41,137 bases of DNA from a virus: positions 69,628-110,764 of IMG/VR virus record IMGVR_UViG_3300000062_000003, one strand, 5' to 3'. The notes under the pieces are model-generated. The model made no database searches. It was given only the letters and a program-made list of their open reading frames with translations, and was not told where the DNA came from. The translations under genes and the position numbers were made by a program. This document shows positions 1-9,767 of this stretch, piece after piece. Each line of letters starts with the position of its first letter. Positions within the stretch are counted from its first letter, which is position 1.

Positions 1-1
1 A

Positions 2-3000
2 CTTATAGATGCTATACGAAGATTATTTGGAGGAAAAGTAAATGCGCAGACATACAATAATATTAATACACTAAATAATCAAATAACTGAATACTTATTT
101 AGTGAGAGATTTGGAGAGCAGGTTAATGCATTTAATGGCACCACCCTGACTCTGTTCAATATAAACAACATAAGTACATTTCATCAAGAACTATACACTA
201 AAGTCCAAAATGCAGCAGAAGCTATCCGAGCCCATAGTAAAAATGTAGAAATACAAACTGTCACTGATGAGGCTATGAATAGTAGTATATGGAGTTCTGC
301 TATCAAAGTAGCAGGTATTGCAGAATATGAGGTAAATGCTTTAGCAGCTGAACTACGTACTGCTGTATCCAAAGATACTGCTATATCTCAATCAGCAATG
401 ATGACTTATAGTAATATTAAGAATTATATAATACCTGCATTTAATGAGTTCAGAACATTTGTATCAGATAACAAAAACTCATTTCCGATAGATAATTTAT
501 CAGCTTTGCGTCAGTTAGAAGAATCTATGGATGCTGTGATATTGAATTATTCCAGAGTTGAGGGATATTACACTTCTATAAATACAGAGGGAAGGGTAGA
601 CGAAGCTATTGATAGAATGGCAAAGAAGGAGAACTGGAGTGCTGAAACTGTTGATGCATTAAAACAACAAGCCAAGGCTAAGAGAAAAGACCAAAATTCA
701 ATTTGGTTGGCTATTGGTTCGCTTGCTCATAGGAATAATCCATTCATGTCAATGGTTAATAAGTTGATACATGGGATTAGTGCTAAAGTAGGGTATATGA
801 TGAGCAATCTTAAAACTGTCCTAGACCCTGCTGTACAGAAGGACTTACATAAGTATATGCCCAATCTTATAAAAAGAGTAGATGGTAAAAATTCAGGATA
901 TGTAACTGCACCTGTTAGAATAGCAGAGGCAGAGAAGGCACAGGCAGAGTGGGAAAGAAAAACCAGATTGAGGTATATTCATAAGACCTTGCCTACTTTA
1001 GAAGATATTGATGCAAATGACCCAGATGCCACTCAACAATTATTTAGGCATCTGATGCTTAAAGTGATAGAATCAGATAATCTTTCTAATGTACAAGAAT
1101 CCGAGGATGGAGAAGTAAAAGTAACATTAAGTCAAGCATTGCCAACTGAAGTTAAGAAGGAATTACAAACAATTTTAGATAAGATTAATGAAATTAATAA
1201 GTTAAAGGATACTAAAGAAGCAGTAGCACTTTCTCAAGTGATGAAAACTCCCAGAGAAAAAACAGTAGTTTTTACAACTAATGAGGTGCAAGATGTTACT
1301 ACAAAGGGACTTTTATCAGCGGAGGCCAGTGAGTCTCCACTTAGATTAACGAATAGCCAAGATGCTGAGTATCAGTATGAACTATCTAAGAGACGTTTAA
1401 TTCACAATGAGCAGCAATTTTCTGATGAGTATTACCAACAGGAGATGGAAAAGACTGTTGCTAATAAAGATATCTGGATGTCCATTCTGGTATCTAAACA
1501 GATAAATGGAGAAATAGCCAAGATTAGAGCTAAGTACATGGAAAATGGCAGGGTTAATGATGCAGCCCTCCGTGAAAATGAAGCAGATAGAATGGCAGTA
1601 GATGCTTTGGAAAAGCAATTACGACAGGCTAGGTCAGCCTACTATTCTACTCCAGTAGGGTTAGATGCTACGGAAACACATCTCAAGGCCTATTTAGCAG
1701 AGGGAGATAACGCCACAGAGCTAAAAGCAGATATTAGACAGAAACTTGCTGGCAAATTCACACCTGTTGAAATACAGGAATTTATAACATCACTGGAGGA
1801 GAAAGGTTTCTTCCAAGGTAAAGAGAGAAGACACCAAGTGGTAGCCCTTCCCCTGACCGAACAAGATAGAAATGATATATCACAAGACGAATTAATTACA
1901 TGGGGATTCTTGAAAAGACAAGAAGATTACACCAGAGAGTTTGATTCTATTAGTGAGGAATTTAAAGGAGAGGTACAGCGTTTTCTAGATATGGCGACTA
2001 CAGGTGAACTTACACAGGAGGAAGCATATCAACGAGCATATGCCTTCTTATCAAGTTCAGGTGCCATTGGTATGACTGAGGAATACTACAACTCAATGGG
2101 AGAGCATGAGTCGTACATAAAGAGAGCAGCTGCTGCTATTGCAAAGGTTCCAGATAATCCTGCCGATACTAGTGGTAATTCTAGAGAACAGTATCAAGCA
2201 GCATTAGATGCATATGAAAACAAATGGAAACGGCTAAGATATTTAAATTCTATATACAAAAGTTCTTCTAATATAGGCGAAGTGGACTACTCTGGTTTTG
2301 AATCAATAAAACGTGAAGTTCTTCAACTGAACAGAAGTATGACACAGCTACGCAGGTCAATTCCTAAAGTGGATTCCATAGCACAATCAACTGCTGAAAA
2401 GGGGATGAATGAGGCCTATCATAGAGAGTTACAATCTAAGAATATAGCTGAAGGCTCTGTCCAAGAGAAACATTTTTTAACTCAACATCTAGTAGATGAC
2501 GAAGGTTTCTACAAGTTTAAGGCTCAAATGACATGGTATGTAAAAGGAAGACAAGTATCAGAGAAGTATCAAAAGTATACCATAGCAGCAGTCCAACAAC
2601 TTCCAAGAGAAGCAAATGAAACTAATGAGCAGTATTTAGCACGGCTGGCTCCGCAAGCAGAGATTAATTTCTTACGAGATAATGTAGCATCTTATTATAT
2701 GAGATACAGTCCAGTTGGATTTAATTCCTTAATGGATGGGCTAAGAGCAGGTCAGGTTAACCCAATGTCTTTGATAGACCATGATTCCACATCCCTGCCC
2801 CCAGAGCAATCTCAAGCATTACCATTTGTACAAGTTACTCCTAGATATGACTGGAGAGAATCTGTATATAATGACCGAAATCTAAATCCTAGATATGATA
2901 TAAATGGTACATATAACCAGTACAAAGCATTTACTAGAAATGCAGCAGGAGAGCTGGTAGATTATGTAGATGACCCTACTGAAGTAAATGAAGATGGGAC

Positions 3001-5110
3001 ACCAGTAAGACATCAACTATGGGCAGACCATGACTTCTTTAGTACATATGGAATTTCTAAGGAGGATTATTATGCAGGACAGCGAGTAATGGGTAGCGAC
3101 ACCACCCTGACAGCGACTCAAAATACTGCACAATATGAAGCCCTACAAATATGGACAAACTTAATGAGAGAAGGGTTACAAAAATATGATAGTGCTAGGC
3201 AATACAGTGAATTTATGATTCCTCGCATGTCTCGTAATACCATAGAAAAAGTAAAAGCCTTTTCTAAAGACCCTAAGAGTGCAATGAAAGAGATATTTAA
3301 AGATTTGGTATTATACCGTGTCGATGATACTGATATTGCATCTGATGTTACAGGAAAAAGTGTAGCAGGGCTGGGGGAAAAACGTACTATACCTAAATAT
3401 TACTTACGCCCATTAGAAGATGCAGATACTCAGTCAGAGGATATGTTCTCTATTCTTGCAGAGTTTATGAAACAATCATATGTATATAGAGCACGAACAG
3501 AGGCCGAGGATAGTATATTATCCACTCTGAATATGCTTGGTATGCAAAATTATGTGAATGGACAAACAGGGGTTTCTACAAATGAATATAGATTTTTAAA
3601 GGAGGCTATTGATGGGTTGTTTTATGGTATTACTAATAACTCAAATATTGATATAAATATTGGAGGTAAGACAATCTATATCTCTAAGTTTCTTAAAAAT
3701 ATGAAGAATGCATTTTCATATACCAACTTGGCATTCAATCCATTAGTAGATATTACAGGTATGACAACTGGTAAAGTAACCAGGTTTATAATGCGCCGTG
3801 CGGGTGAATACGGAGACGACAGAACTTGGAAGTTTGCTATTAGTGGCTCTACTGCTATGGTACTAGATGCTACAAAAGAGATAGGAAGTGTTCTACAAGT
3901 ATCTGAGGGTATCAGCATGTTGGAGACTATTGGAATACAGAGTCCTACTGAAAGATATGAAGGGGCAAGTTTTTCTGGAGCAGCCAGGGTTGCTAATAAG
4001 TCTTCTTTTATGGGGGCTACTATTTCCAATTACACTGCTACTATACAGGTTGCTAGGTTTGTAGCAAAAGATTTGAGATGGGATGGAGAGAAGATTTTGA
4101 GTTATAAACAATTCTTGAATGATGAGGCTAATAAGAAACCTGAAAACCCTACCCTGACCGCGAAACAATGGCGTGAGAAAGTAAATGAAAAGTGGGACAC
4201 ATTATTTGATAAATCTGTATACGATATATTTGATTTATCAAAAGGAATGCAAGTAAGAGAAGGACAACCATATGAATTTACTGAGGAGCAGATAATAGAC
4301 ATTCATGGTAGACTGTATTCTAAAGCACGACATATGATTGAAGCAATAGATGGGGTAATAGCTCCTGAAAACCAATCATTTATTCAACGACACCCCTTAG
4401 CTCGTCTAATGACAACACATAAAGGATGGTTATCTATAGCTCTAGATAGGAAGTTTAAAGCACATCAGTATAATATGTTAACTAATCAATGGGAGATTGG
4501 GCATTATCGTGCAGTTGCTAAATTAGTATCTGATGCATATAAAGAAACTGGTACATTAAATCCTATAAAATTATTTGCCCATGCTAGAGCTACTCTAAAG
4601 AATTTAGAACAAGATGACCCAACTGCTATAGGTACAAGTTATGCAAAGAAAGAAGTTGCCGCTGCTCTAATTCTGACTGCCCTAGGGGCTGTTTTGCTAG
4701 GATTTAGTGAGGATGATGATAATAAAGATTTATGGGCTTTACAAGCAGGTTCCTTGCTTTTTATACGTACACTATCTGAGTCCAACTCAGTTTCTGCATT
4801 AGGAATAGGTGGAGCAGCTATGGAGACTTTTCAAAAGCCATTTGTTTCTGCCGAATGGCTTGGTAATATCTTTAAATTGGAAGATTACAGTTTTGAAGAA
4901 GTAAGGTCAGGTAAATATAAAGGACATTCTAAGCTATATAAAAAGTTGATGAAATTAACATTAGGAAAGAGATTTTATGATTTATATGACATCAGAGAAA
5001 CACAGAAAGCCTATAGACTCTATCAAGGTAGTACATTACCATTCCTTAGTCATGGTGGGTTTGCAGAGCGAGTAATTTTAGACAGTATTCTAGATAATGA
5101 TAATGATTGA
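2..5110 (+). CDS. Giant virion-associated protein (crAss-like cargo/ejected protein type), 5'-truncated
   Basis: Seen: the frame is open from nt 2 into the listed ORF at 275, so the gene starts before the window (>1700 aa). It looks helical, with a hydrophobic segment near the C-terminus (AAALILTALGAVLLGF). Inference: resembles the very large virion proteins of crAss-like Bacteroidota phages; no catalytic motif recognised. Confidence 0.55.
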   Translation, partial: LIDAIRRLFGGKVNAQTYNNINTLNNQITEYLFSERFGEQVNAFNGTTLTLFNINNISTFHQELYTKVQNAAEAIRAHSKNVEIQTVTDEAMNSSIWSSAIKVAGIAEYEVNALAAELRTAVSKDTAISQSAMMTYSNIKNYIIPAFNEFRTFVSDNKNSFPIDNLSALRQLEESMDAVILNYSRVEGYYTSINTEGRVDEAIDRMAKKENWSAETVDALKQQAKAKRKDQNSIWLAIGSLAHRNNPFMSMVNKLIHGISAKVGYMMSNLKTVLDPAVQKDLHKYMPNLIKRVDGKNSGYVTAPVRIAEAEKAQAEWERKTRLRYIHKTLPTLEDIDANDPDATQQLFRHLMLKVIESDNLSNVQESEDGEVKVTLSQALPTEVKKELQTILDKINEINKLKDTKEAVALSQVMKTPREKTVVFTTNEVQDVTTKGLLSAEASESPLRLTNSQDAEYQYELSKRRLIHNEQQFSDEYYQQEMEKTVANKDIWMSILVSKQINGEIAKIRAKYMENGRVNDAALRENEADRMAVDALEKQLRQARSAYYSTPVGLDATETHLKAYLAEGDNATELKADIRQKLAGKFTPVEIQEFITSLEEKGFFQGKERRHQVVALPLTEQDRNDISQDELITWGFLKRQEDYTREFDSISEEFKGEVQRFLDMATTGELTQEEAYQRAYAFLSSSGAIGMTEEYYNSMGEHESYIKRAAAAIAKVPDNPADTSGNSREQYQAALDAYENKWKRLRYLNSIYKSSSNIGEVDYSGFESIKREVLQLNRSMTQLRRSIPKVDSIAQSTAEKGMNEAYHRELQSKNIAEGSVQEKHFLTQHLVDDEGFYKFKAQMTWYVKGRQVSEKYQKYTIAAVQQLPREANETNEQYLARLAPQAEINFLRDNVASYYMRYSPVGFNSLMDGLRAGQVNPMSLIDHDSTSLPPEQSQALPFVQVTPRYDWRESVYNDRNLNPRYDINGTYNQYKAFTRNAAGELVDYVDDPTEVNEDGTPVRHQLWADHDFFSTYGISKEDYYAGQRVMGSDTTLTATQNTAQYEALQIWTNLMREGLQKYDSARQYSEFMIPRMSRNTIEKVKAFSKDPKSAMKEIFKDLVLYRVDDTDIASDVTGKSVAGLGEKRTIPKYYLRPLEDADTQSEDMFSILAEFMKQSYVYRARTEAEDSILSTLNMLGMQNYVNGQTGVSTNEYRFLKEAIDGLFYGITNNSNIDINIGGKTIYISKFLKNMKNAFSYTNLAFNPLVDITGMTTGKVTRFIMRRAGEYGDDRTWKFAISGSTAMVLDATKEIGSVLQVSEGISMLETIGIQSPTERYEGASFSGAARVANKSSFMGATISNYTATIQVARFVAKDLRWDGEKILSYKQFLNDEANKKPENPTLTAKQWREKVNEKWDTLFDKSVYDIFDLSKGMQVREGQPYEFTEEQIIDIHGRLYSKARHMIEAIDGVIAPENQSFIQRHPLARLMTTHKGWLSIALDRKFKAHQYNMLTNQWEIGHYRAVAKLVSDAYKETGTLNPIKLFAHARATLKNLEQDDPTAIGTSYAKKEVAAALILTALGAVLLGFSEDDDNKDLWALQAGSLLFIRTLSESNSVSALGIGGAAMETFQKPFVSAEWLGNIFKLEDYSFEEVRSGKYKGHSKLYKKLMKLTLGKRFYDLYDIRETQKAYRLYQGSTLPFLSHGGFAERVILDSILDNDND

Positions 5111-5116
5111 TAAAAT

Positions 5117-5623
5117 ATGAACCAAGATAAATTATATCCATGTGTGGAGTGTGGTAAGGAGGTTAAAATTCGTAGTAAAGGGAAATGCTCCTATTGTCGT
5201 GCAAAAGAACTGCAAAACAGTACAACAGTGAGTAAACCAACTGCACCAACAAAGACTGTTAATAGATTAATACAAGAAAGGAAAAACAGGGTACATAACT
5301 TTTTTGTACAGTTATTGGAAGAAATGTTGCCGATATCGGCAGAAAGTGGTACTTTTATAACAGATTTTAGTAAAAAGAATTTATGTCACATTCTTCCAAA
5401 ACGCATCTACCATTCAGTAGAAGAGGATGTAATGAATATAGTTATATTAACTTGGTCAGAGCATGCTAGATTCGATGAGTTACTAGATAACAGAGAAAAG
5501 GAATTACTATTGAAAGAATTTCCTACTGTTTGTGCTATTATCAGAGAGAGAATGCCATATTTTAGAGACCATGTTACAGAGACTACAGGTTCATTGTTTA
5601 ATTTCCTAAAGCAGCTAAAGTAA
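5117..5623 (+). CDS. Zn-ribbon plus HNH-like nuclease protein
   Basis: N-terminal CVEC...CSYC; C-terminal HILPK...H...NIVILTWSEH fits an H-N-H pattern. Confidence 0.55.
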   Translation: MNQDKLYPCVECGKEVKIRSKGKCSYCRAKELQNSTTVSKPTAPTKTVNRLIQERKNRVHNFFVQLLEEMLPISAESGTFITDFSKKNLCHILPKRIYHSVEEDVMNIVILTWSEHARFDELLDNREKELLLKEFPTVCAIIRERMPYFRDHVTETTGSLFNFLKQLK

Positions 5624-6654
5624 TGATTTACAACAAGTTTCACGAAGATTCCTACATACTTACTCAGGATGGGTTACAAAAAATCTCTTTCTTACTTCAA
5701 GAAGGACAACCTTTTAAAATCTACACATTAGAACAAGGATTCATCCCAGCCACCCTGACCTACGAACCTATAGATGTATCTACCAGAATAACAACAGCAG
5801 TTCTAGATAATGGACATACTAATATTACAACTAGCCCTACAATATACCTTACATCACATGATATAGATGTAGCTGCCTCTGGAATACTAAACAAACCACT
5901 TAAAACTCTACATTATTATAATAATGCTTGTAATGATTATGTATATGCTGGGTTTATAGCAGCCTTCTGTGATTATTCAGTAAGAGAGCAAGACTATTAT
6001 ATAGAACCTGCTAAAAGTCCATATTTTAGAGATGATTTATTTTGTTTGTTGTGGTCTAATGCATGGGACAGATGTCATGACTTTATCTATTTACATGACC
6101 CATATTACAGGGAAGTTGTCTTAAAGATATTTGGAGCACATGTAGCTGCAAAAGCCCCAATGTTACCTAGAGATATAGATGCTTTCTCTGAATATGATAA
6201 AACTAGCTTTCTCAGAGGCATGCTGAGTGTGTATATAGAAATGTCTGACAGTACTAGATTTAGTTTTAGACTACCATCAGAGACATTAATGAATCAAATA
6301 AGTAATTTACTTACTGATTTAGGAGTGGAAAATATTGCTAAGGTGGAGAGAAGAGCACCATCTTTCAATCCCCTGACCCCAGGAAAACTAGTAGACTTTA
6401 CTCCTACAATAACTATTAAGCCAGCTTTTATAGACCAATTTATGAATACCATAGGAGTAGTAACAAGTTGTGCAATAGAACATATAGAAAAAGTAGCAAG
6501 AAAAAGAGCTACTAGAGCAATAGAAGTACAGAATATTAGATATCAAGGAGAAGCAATAGATGGAAAGTTCTATGGTATTAAACCAGACAATTTCAATAAT
6601 ACAACTTCGAAATATTGTGTTATAGGCAATGTGTATTGTAAAATATTTGAATAA
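5623..6654 (+). CDS. Free-standing degenerate intein-like protein (Hint plus LAGLIDADG-like)
   Basis: Block A-like KFHEDSYILTQDGLQKISFL; LAGLIDADG-like helices YAGFIAAFCD and SFLRGMLSVYIE; block H-like SETLMNQISNLLTDLGVE; block F/G-like FYGIKPD...YCVIGNVYCK. No exteins, and no Cys1 or terminal Asn. Confidence 0.65.
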   Translation: MIYNKFHEDSYILTQDGLQKISFLLQEGQPFKIYTLEQGFIPATLTYEPIDVSTRITTAVLDNGHTNITTSPTIYLTSHDIDVAASGILNKPLKTLHYYNNACNDYVYAGFIAAFCDYSVREQDYYIEPAKSPYFRDDLFCLLWSNAWDRCHDFIYLHDPYYREVVLKIFGAHVAAKAPMLPRDIDAFSEYDKTSFLRGMLSVYIEMSDSTRFSFRLPSETLMNQISNLLTDLGVENIAKVERRAPSFNPLTPGKLVDFTPTITIKPAFIDQFMNTIGVVTSCAIEHIEKVARKRATRAIEVQNIRYQGEAIDGKFYGIKPDNFNNTTSKYCVIGNVYCKIFE

Positions 6655-6656
6655 GT

Positions 6657-6767
6657 ATGACTAAGGAAATATTACTTATTTGTCCGCATGACTATAAGAG
6701 CGCGCTTTCCTATTATGAATATGCCTATATAATAAGAGCAGGAGACTATAAGTATTATATTAACTAA
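6657..6767 (+). CDS. Small hypothetical protein (36 aa)
   Basis: ATG 2 nt after the previous stop; ends just before the terminator (MTKEILLICPHDY...YYIN). Confidence 0.4.
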   Translation: MTKEILLICPHDYKSALSYYEYAYIIRAGDYKYYIN

Positions 6768-6783
6768 ATAGTTAAATAACATT

Positions 6784-6809
6784 AAGCCAGTAAATTTTAC
6801 TGGCTTTTT
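6784..6809 (+). terminator. Intrinsic terminator
   Basis: Stem AAGCCAGTAA/TTACTGGCTT followed by a T-run, at the end of a gene block. Confidence 0.75.
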
Positions 6810-6810
6810 C

Positions 6811-6842
6811 TTTGTTTTATAAAAAAGTAATACTTACCTTTG
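6811..6842 (+). promoter_or_regulatory. Bacteroidota primary-sigma promoter (-33 TTTG / -7 TACCTTTG)
   Basis: TTTG at 6811-6814, 20-nt spacer, TACCTTTG at 6835-6842; matches the established TTTG-N19-21-TAnnTTTG consensus. Confidence 0.8.
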
Positions 6843-6859
6843 TTGAAACTTTAAATAAA

Positions 6860-7396
6860 ATGGTTATGGGATGTGACATACATTTATTCGTAGAGAAAAG
6901 AAAGAAAGATTCAAAGGACGATTTTTTGCCTTGTGCATTTCGCTCAGAGTTTAGTGAGAGGACATATAGTATGTTTGCAAAACTTGCAAATGTTAGAAAT
7001 TATGATAAGGTGGAACATCTACCTATCAGGGGATTACCAGAAGATATATCTTATATAACATTTGAAGCACTATATAAAAAGGTAATATTCGACCCTATTA
7101 ATGAATGGGACGAAGAAAATTGTTATACTATAGACCAGGTGAATAAATGGGTGAAGGATGGTTACTCTCATGTAATTCATAAACATGAGAAAGAATGGTG
7201 CTCAAACCCAGATGCGCATTCTTATAATTGGTGCACTTCTCAAGAGATAATGGAGTGCTTAACAGAATTTACTACTGGAGAGAACCATAAATATCGTGGT
7301 AACTATCTTAACTGGGTTGGACTGGCAGCTTACATGAAAGCATTGGAAGATAATGGTAATTATGAAGTAAGGGCTGCTTATTGGTTTGACAATTAA
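6860..7396 (+). CDS. Conserved phage hypothetical protein (MGCDIH family)
   Basis: Start moved downstream of the promoter (ATG 6860 or 6866); has the MGCDIH...YWFDN pattern common in phage proteins. Confidence 0.7.
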   Translation: MVMGCDIHLFVEKRKKDSKDDFLPCAFRSEFSERTYSMFAKLANVRNYDKVEHLPIRGLPEDISYITFEALYKKVIFDPINEWDEENCYTIDQVNKWVKDGYSHVIHKHEKEWCSNPDAHSYNWCTSQEIMECLTEFTTGENHKYRGNYLNWVGLAAYMKALEDNGNYEVRAAYWFDN

Positions 7397-7940
7397 AGGG
7401 ATAACAATGAATAGAGTAAAGAGAATTTATCAGAGCTGGAAGTATTCGTGGTTAGGGTCATGGGTAGGCATCTTGGATTCACCATTCAGATTGCCAAAAT
7501 TGAAGTTTTATTGGGGAGAGATACAGGTTGGTGTTCCATATTTTCTTCCTAGGAAGTGGAAAAAAGGAAAAGATGGAATAAACTTTCCGCATTATATCAC
7601 AAAATTTGGTATAGATTCCTGTGAATTAGGTTGGAAGACTAAGTGGACGAATACTGATTATAGGTTTGAGTGGAGTCCGCTGATTTCTTTAGTTATTTTT
7701 GGGAAGCAATTGGCTATTTGGGTCAAAGCCCCTGTCCACGAAGATAGCTACTGGACAGCATGGTTATACTATAAAAACCATACAAAAGGAACTAAAGTAC
7801 AACGTATACAACAATGTATAAATGATTTTGGATGTACATGGATAAGCTACAAGAAGGACAACGAGCCTGAAAGAGTAGACCACTATCTAACTATATTGAG
7901 ACCTAAGTATCTAAAATATGTCACTCAGGGTAGTGAATAG
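7386..7940 (+). CDS. Hypothetical protein (Trp-rich)
   Basis: 184-aa ORF in the + strand operon; the true start may be ATG 7407. Confidence 0.65.
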   Translation: MTIKGITMNRVKRIYQSWKYSWLGSWVGILDSPFRLPKLKFYWGEIQVGVPYFLPRKWKKGKDGINFPHYITKFGIDSCELGWKTKWTNTDYRFEWSPLISLVIFGKQLAIWVKAPVHEDSYWTAWLYYKNHTKGTKVQRIQQCINDFGCTWISYKKDNEPERVDHYLTILRPKYLKYVTQGSE

Positions 7941-7977
7941 AAGTTAATAACTCCAAAAGAACACTAAATAATTAGAT

Positions 7978-8003
7978 AGGTAGGACATAATTTACTTCTT
8001 TTG
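7978..8003 (+). promoter_or_regulatory. Degenerate copy of the AGGTAGG palindrome/promoter
   Basis: AGGTAGGACATAATTTACTTCTTTTG about 20 nt upstream of the 8023 start; partial match to the five intact copies. Confidence 0.35.
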
Positions 8004-8022
8004 TACAGGAAATAAAAAAAAA

Positions 8023-8763
8023 ATGAAACAAGTCATTTATCAAGAGTGTAAAGACAATTATGGACTTTCTGTAATAGAAGCTATTCCTACAACGGTTAAG
8101 AAAGCTCTACAAGAAGAAAAATGTTACTTAGCAGGTGGGTTTATTCGTTCTTTCTTTGACCATACAATAAACTTAGAAGAAGTTGCATCTTGTTCTATAC
8201 TTAACTTCTTGGAGAAACAAGATATTGATATAGATATTTTTTGTTCATCTAAAGAACAGGCTCATAGAATAATGAAAGTAGTTCTTCCAGATAAAGAAGT
8301 TAAGGAAACAGAGAATAGTGTGTATGGAAGACTTGATTCCATATTAGAGGATAGAAGGGGAGGGGTTGTAGTACAGGCAGTTTACAGATGGCCAGCCCCT
8401 GACCCAGAAACAGTAATAAAAGGATTTGATTTTGTATGTTGTCAAGCAGTAATATATTATGAAAATAATAAGTTTATTTTAAAATATCACCCACAATTTA
8501 GGCATGATACTTTTAGTAAAGTTCTAACTTATACACAACCTATTAGAGAGGAAGAAAGTGCAGGTTCTTTAGTCAGAGCATTAAAGTATAAAGGCAGAGG
8601 TTGGAATATTCCAGCGGAGGACTTGGCAGAATTAGTATATCGTGCTTCTAGTGGCCATATTCCTGCAATAAAGAAGAGTAAGAAGAGGGTAAAGGAGAAG
8701 GCCAAGAAAGTTAAGAGAATAACTAGGTCGGTTAGGAGAGTAAGTAGAGATAATTATTGTTAA
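8023..8763 (+). CDS. Nucleotidyltransferase (poly(A) polymerase/CCA-adding head-domain-like)
   Basis: YLAGGFIRS...DIDIF Pol-beta-type motif, FDF motif and RALKYKGRGW. Confidence 0.7.
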   Translation: MKQVIYQECKDNYGLSVIEAIPTTVKKALQEEKCYLAGGFIRSFFDHTINLEEVASCSILNFLEKQDIDIDIFCSSKEQAHRIMKVVLPDKEVKETENSVYGRLDSILEDRRGGVVVQAVYRWPAPDPETVIKGFDFVCCQAVIYYENNKFILKYHPQFRHDTFSKVLTYTQPIREEESAGSLVRALKYKGRGWNIPAEDLAELVYRASSGHIPAIKKSKKRVKEKAKKVKRITRSVRRVSRDNYC

Positions 8764-8792
8764 TTATTATAAATATTTAAAACAAATTTAAG

Positions 8793-9248
8793 ATGAGTTG
8801 GTTTAAAGTAAGTGTAGAAAGCGAGAGAATGCAAGAAAATGGAATGTACAAGAAGGTAACTGAAGTCTATTTGTTGGATGCAGTTTCATACACAGAGGCA
8901 GAGGCGCGTACATTGAAGGAGATAACTATTGATATTTCTGGAGAGTTTAAAATAGCAGATATTAAACGAATTAAACTAGCTGAGATATTCCAATACTCAG
9001 AAGCAGAGCCAGATGGGTTCTTTTTAGCTACAGTAAAATATGTGACATTAGATGAGAGAAGTGGGATGGAGAAGGAAAAACCAGTTAAAATGTTGGTCAT
9101 CGCCCCTGACTTCGATACAGCATTAAAAACACTACATACAGGTATGAGAAATACAATGGTTGCTTATAAAGTAGCAAACTTAACTGAGTTTCTTATTGAA
9201 GGCATCTATCCTTTTTCAGATGACCAAATTACTGAGGTAAAGTTCTAA
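8793..9248 (+). CDS. DUF4494-like protein
   Basis: MSWFKVSV...MQENGMYKKVTEVYLLDAVSYTEAEAR...TLDERSGMEK, recognised as the Bacteroidota DUF4494 pattern. Confidence 0.8.
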   Translation: MSWFKVSVESERMQENGMYKKVTEVYLLDAVSYTEAEARTLKEITIDISGEFKIADIKRIKLAEIFQYSEAEPDGFFLATVKYVTLDERSGMEKEKPVKMLVIAPDFDTALKTLHTGMRNTMVAYKVANLTEFLIEGIYPFSDDQITEVKF

Positions 9249-9268
9249 TAGATAATAACCAATAAAGT

Positions 9269-9464
9269 ACACAGGTGGCGGAATTGGTAGACGCTATTAA
9301 GCAGTAGGATAATGCTCTTAGTCTTAGACCTGTAGGAAATGGCAGGTGTTCAGAGAAGCGAAAAGCTCTATAACTCGCATAACAAAAGGTATGGTTCGAC
9401 TCCATATTAAACAGGGAAAATGAGCAGCACAATATCCATGCAGGTTAGAATCCTGCTCTGTGTA
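9269..9464 (+). ncRNA. tRNA-like structured RNA with a large internal insert
   Basis: Acceptor ACACAGG (9269-75) pairs with TCTGTGT (9457-63); D-arm TGGCGGAATTGGTAGACGC; T-arm GCAGG-TTAGAAT-CCTGC (9440-56); about 145 nt between the D and T arms; no canonical anticodon loop. Confidence 0.7.
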
Positions 9465-9545
9465 CTTTATGATTGATGTTTTGGTGTTGATAAATTAAAA
9501 ACACTATACTCACAGAGTAAAAACTATTAAATAAAAAAACTAATT

Positions 9546-9767
9546 ATGACTAAAGAAACCTTTGAAGAGGCACTCCAGCTAACACATAGCCTAAGCCATT
9601 GTGACAATATCATCCACTTATTAGAGGACAATATGTGTATCACAGTAGGACATGGTACCAGACTAGATGAGGAAGGGTTGGAAATACATGATAGAATTAA
9701 AGCACTTATAATCAAAGAACTGGAAGCTATAAAAGTAGAGAAGGAGAAGCTATTGGATGAGTTGTAG
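9546..9767 (+). CDS. Hypothetical protein
   Basis: 73-aa ORF with an A-rich leader. Confidence 0.6.
   Translation: MTKETFEEALQLTHSLSHCDNIIHLLEDNMCITVGHGTRLDEEGLEIHDRIKALIIKELEAIKVEKEKLLDEL

Noticed and set aside
6812-6859. TTG-initiated N-terminal extension from the ORF track (similarly at 38286)
   Set aside because: The extension overlaps the promoter elements; downstream ATGs with A-rich leaders are more plausible starts.
9269-9464. Canonical tRNA-Leu/Ser, group I intron-containing tRNA, or tmRNA
   Set aside because: There is no 7-nt anticodon loop, I could not recognise a group I core in the short insert, and it lacks the Ala acceptor identity, length and tag ORF of tmRNA.
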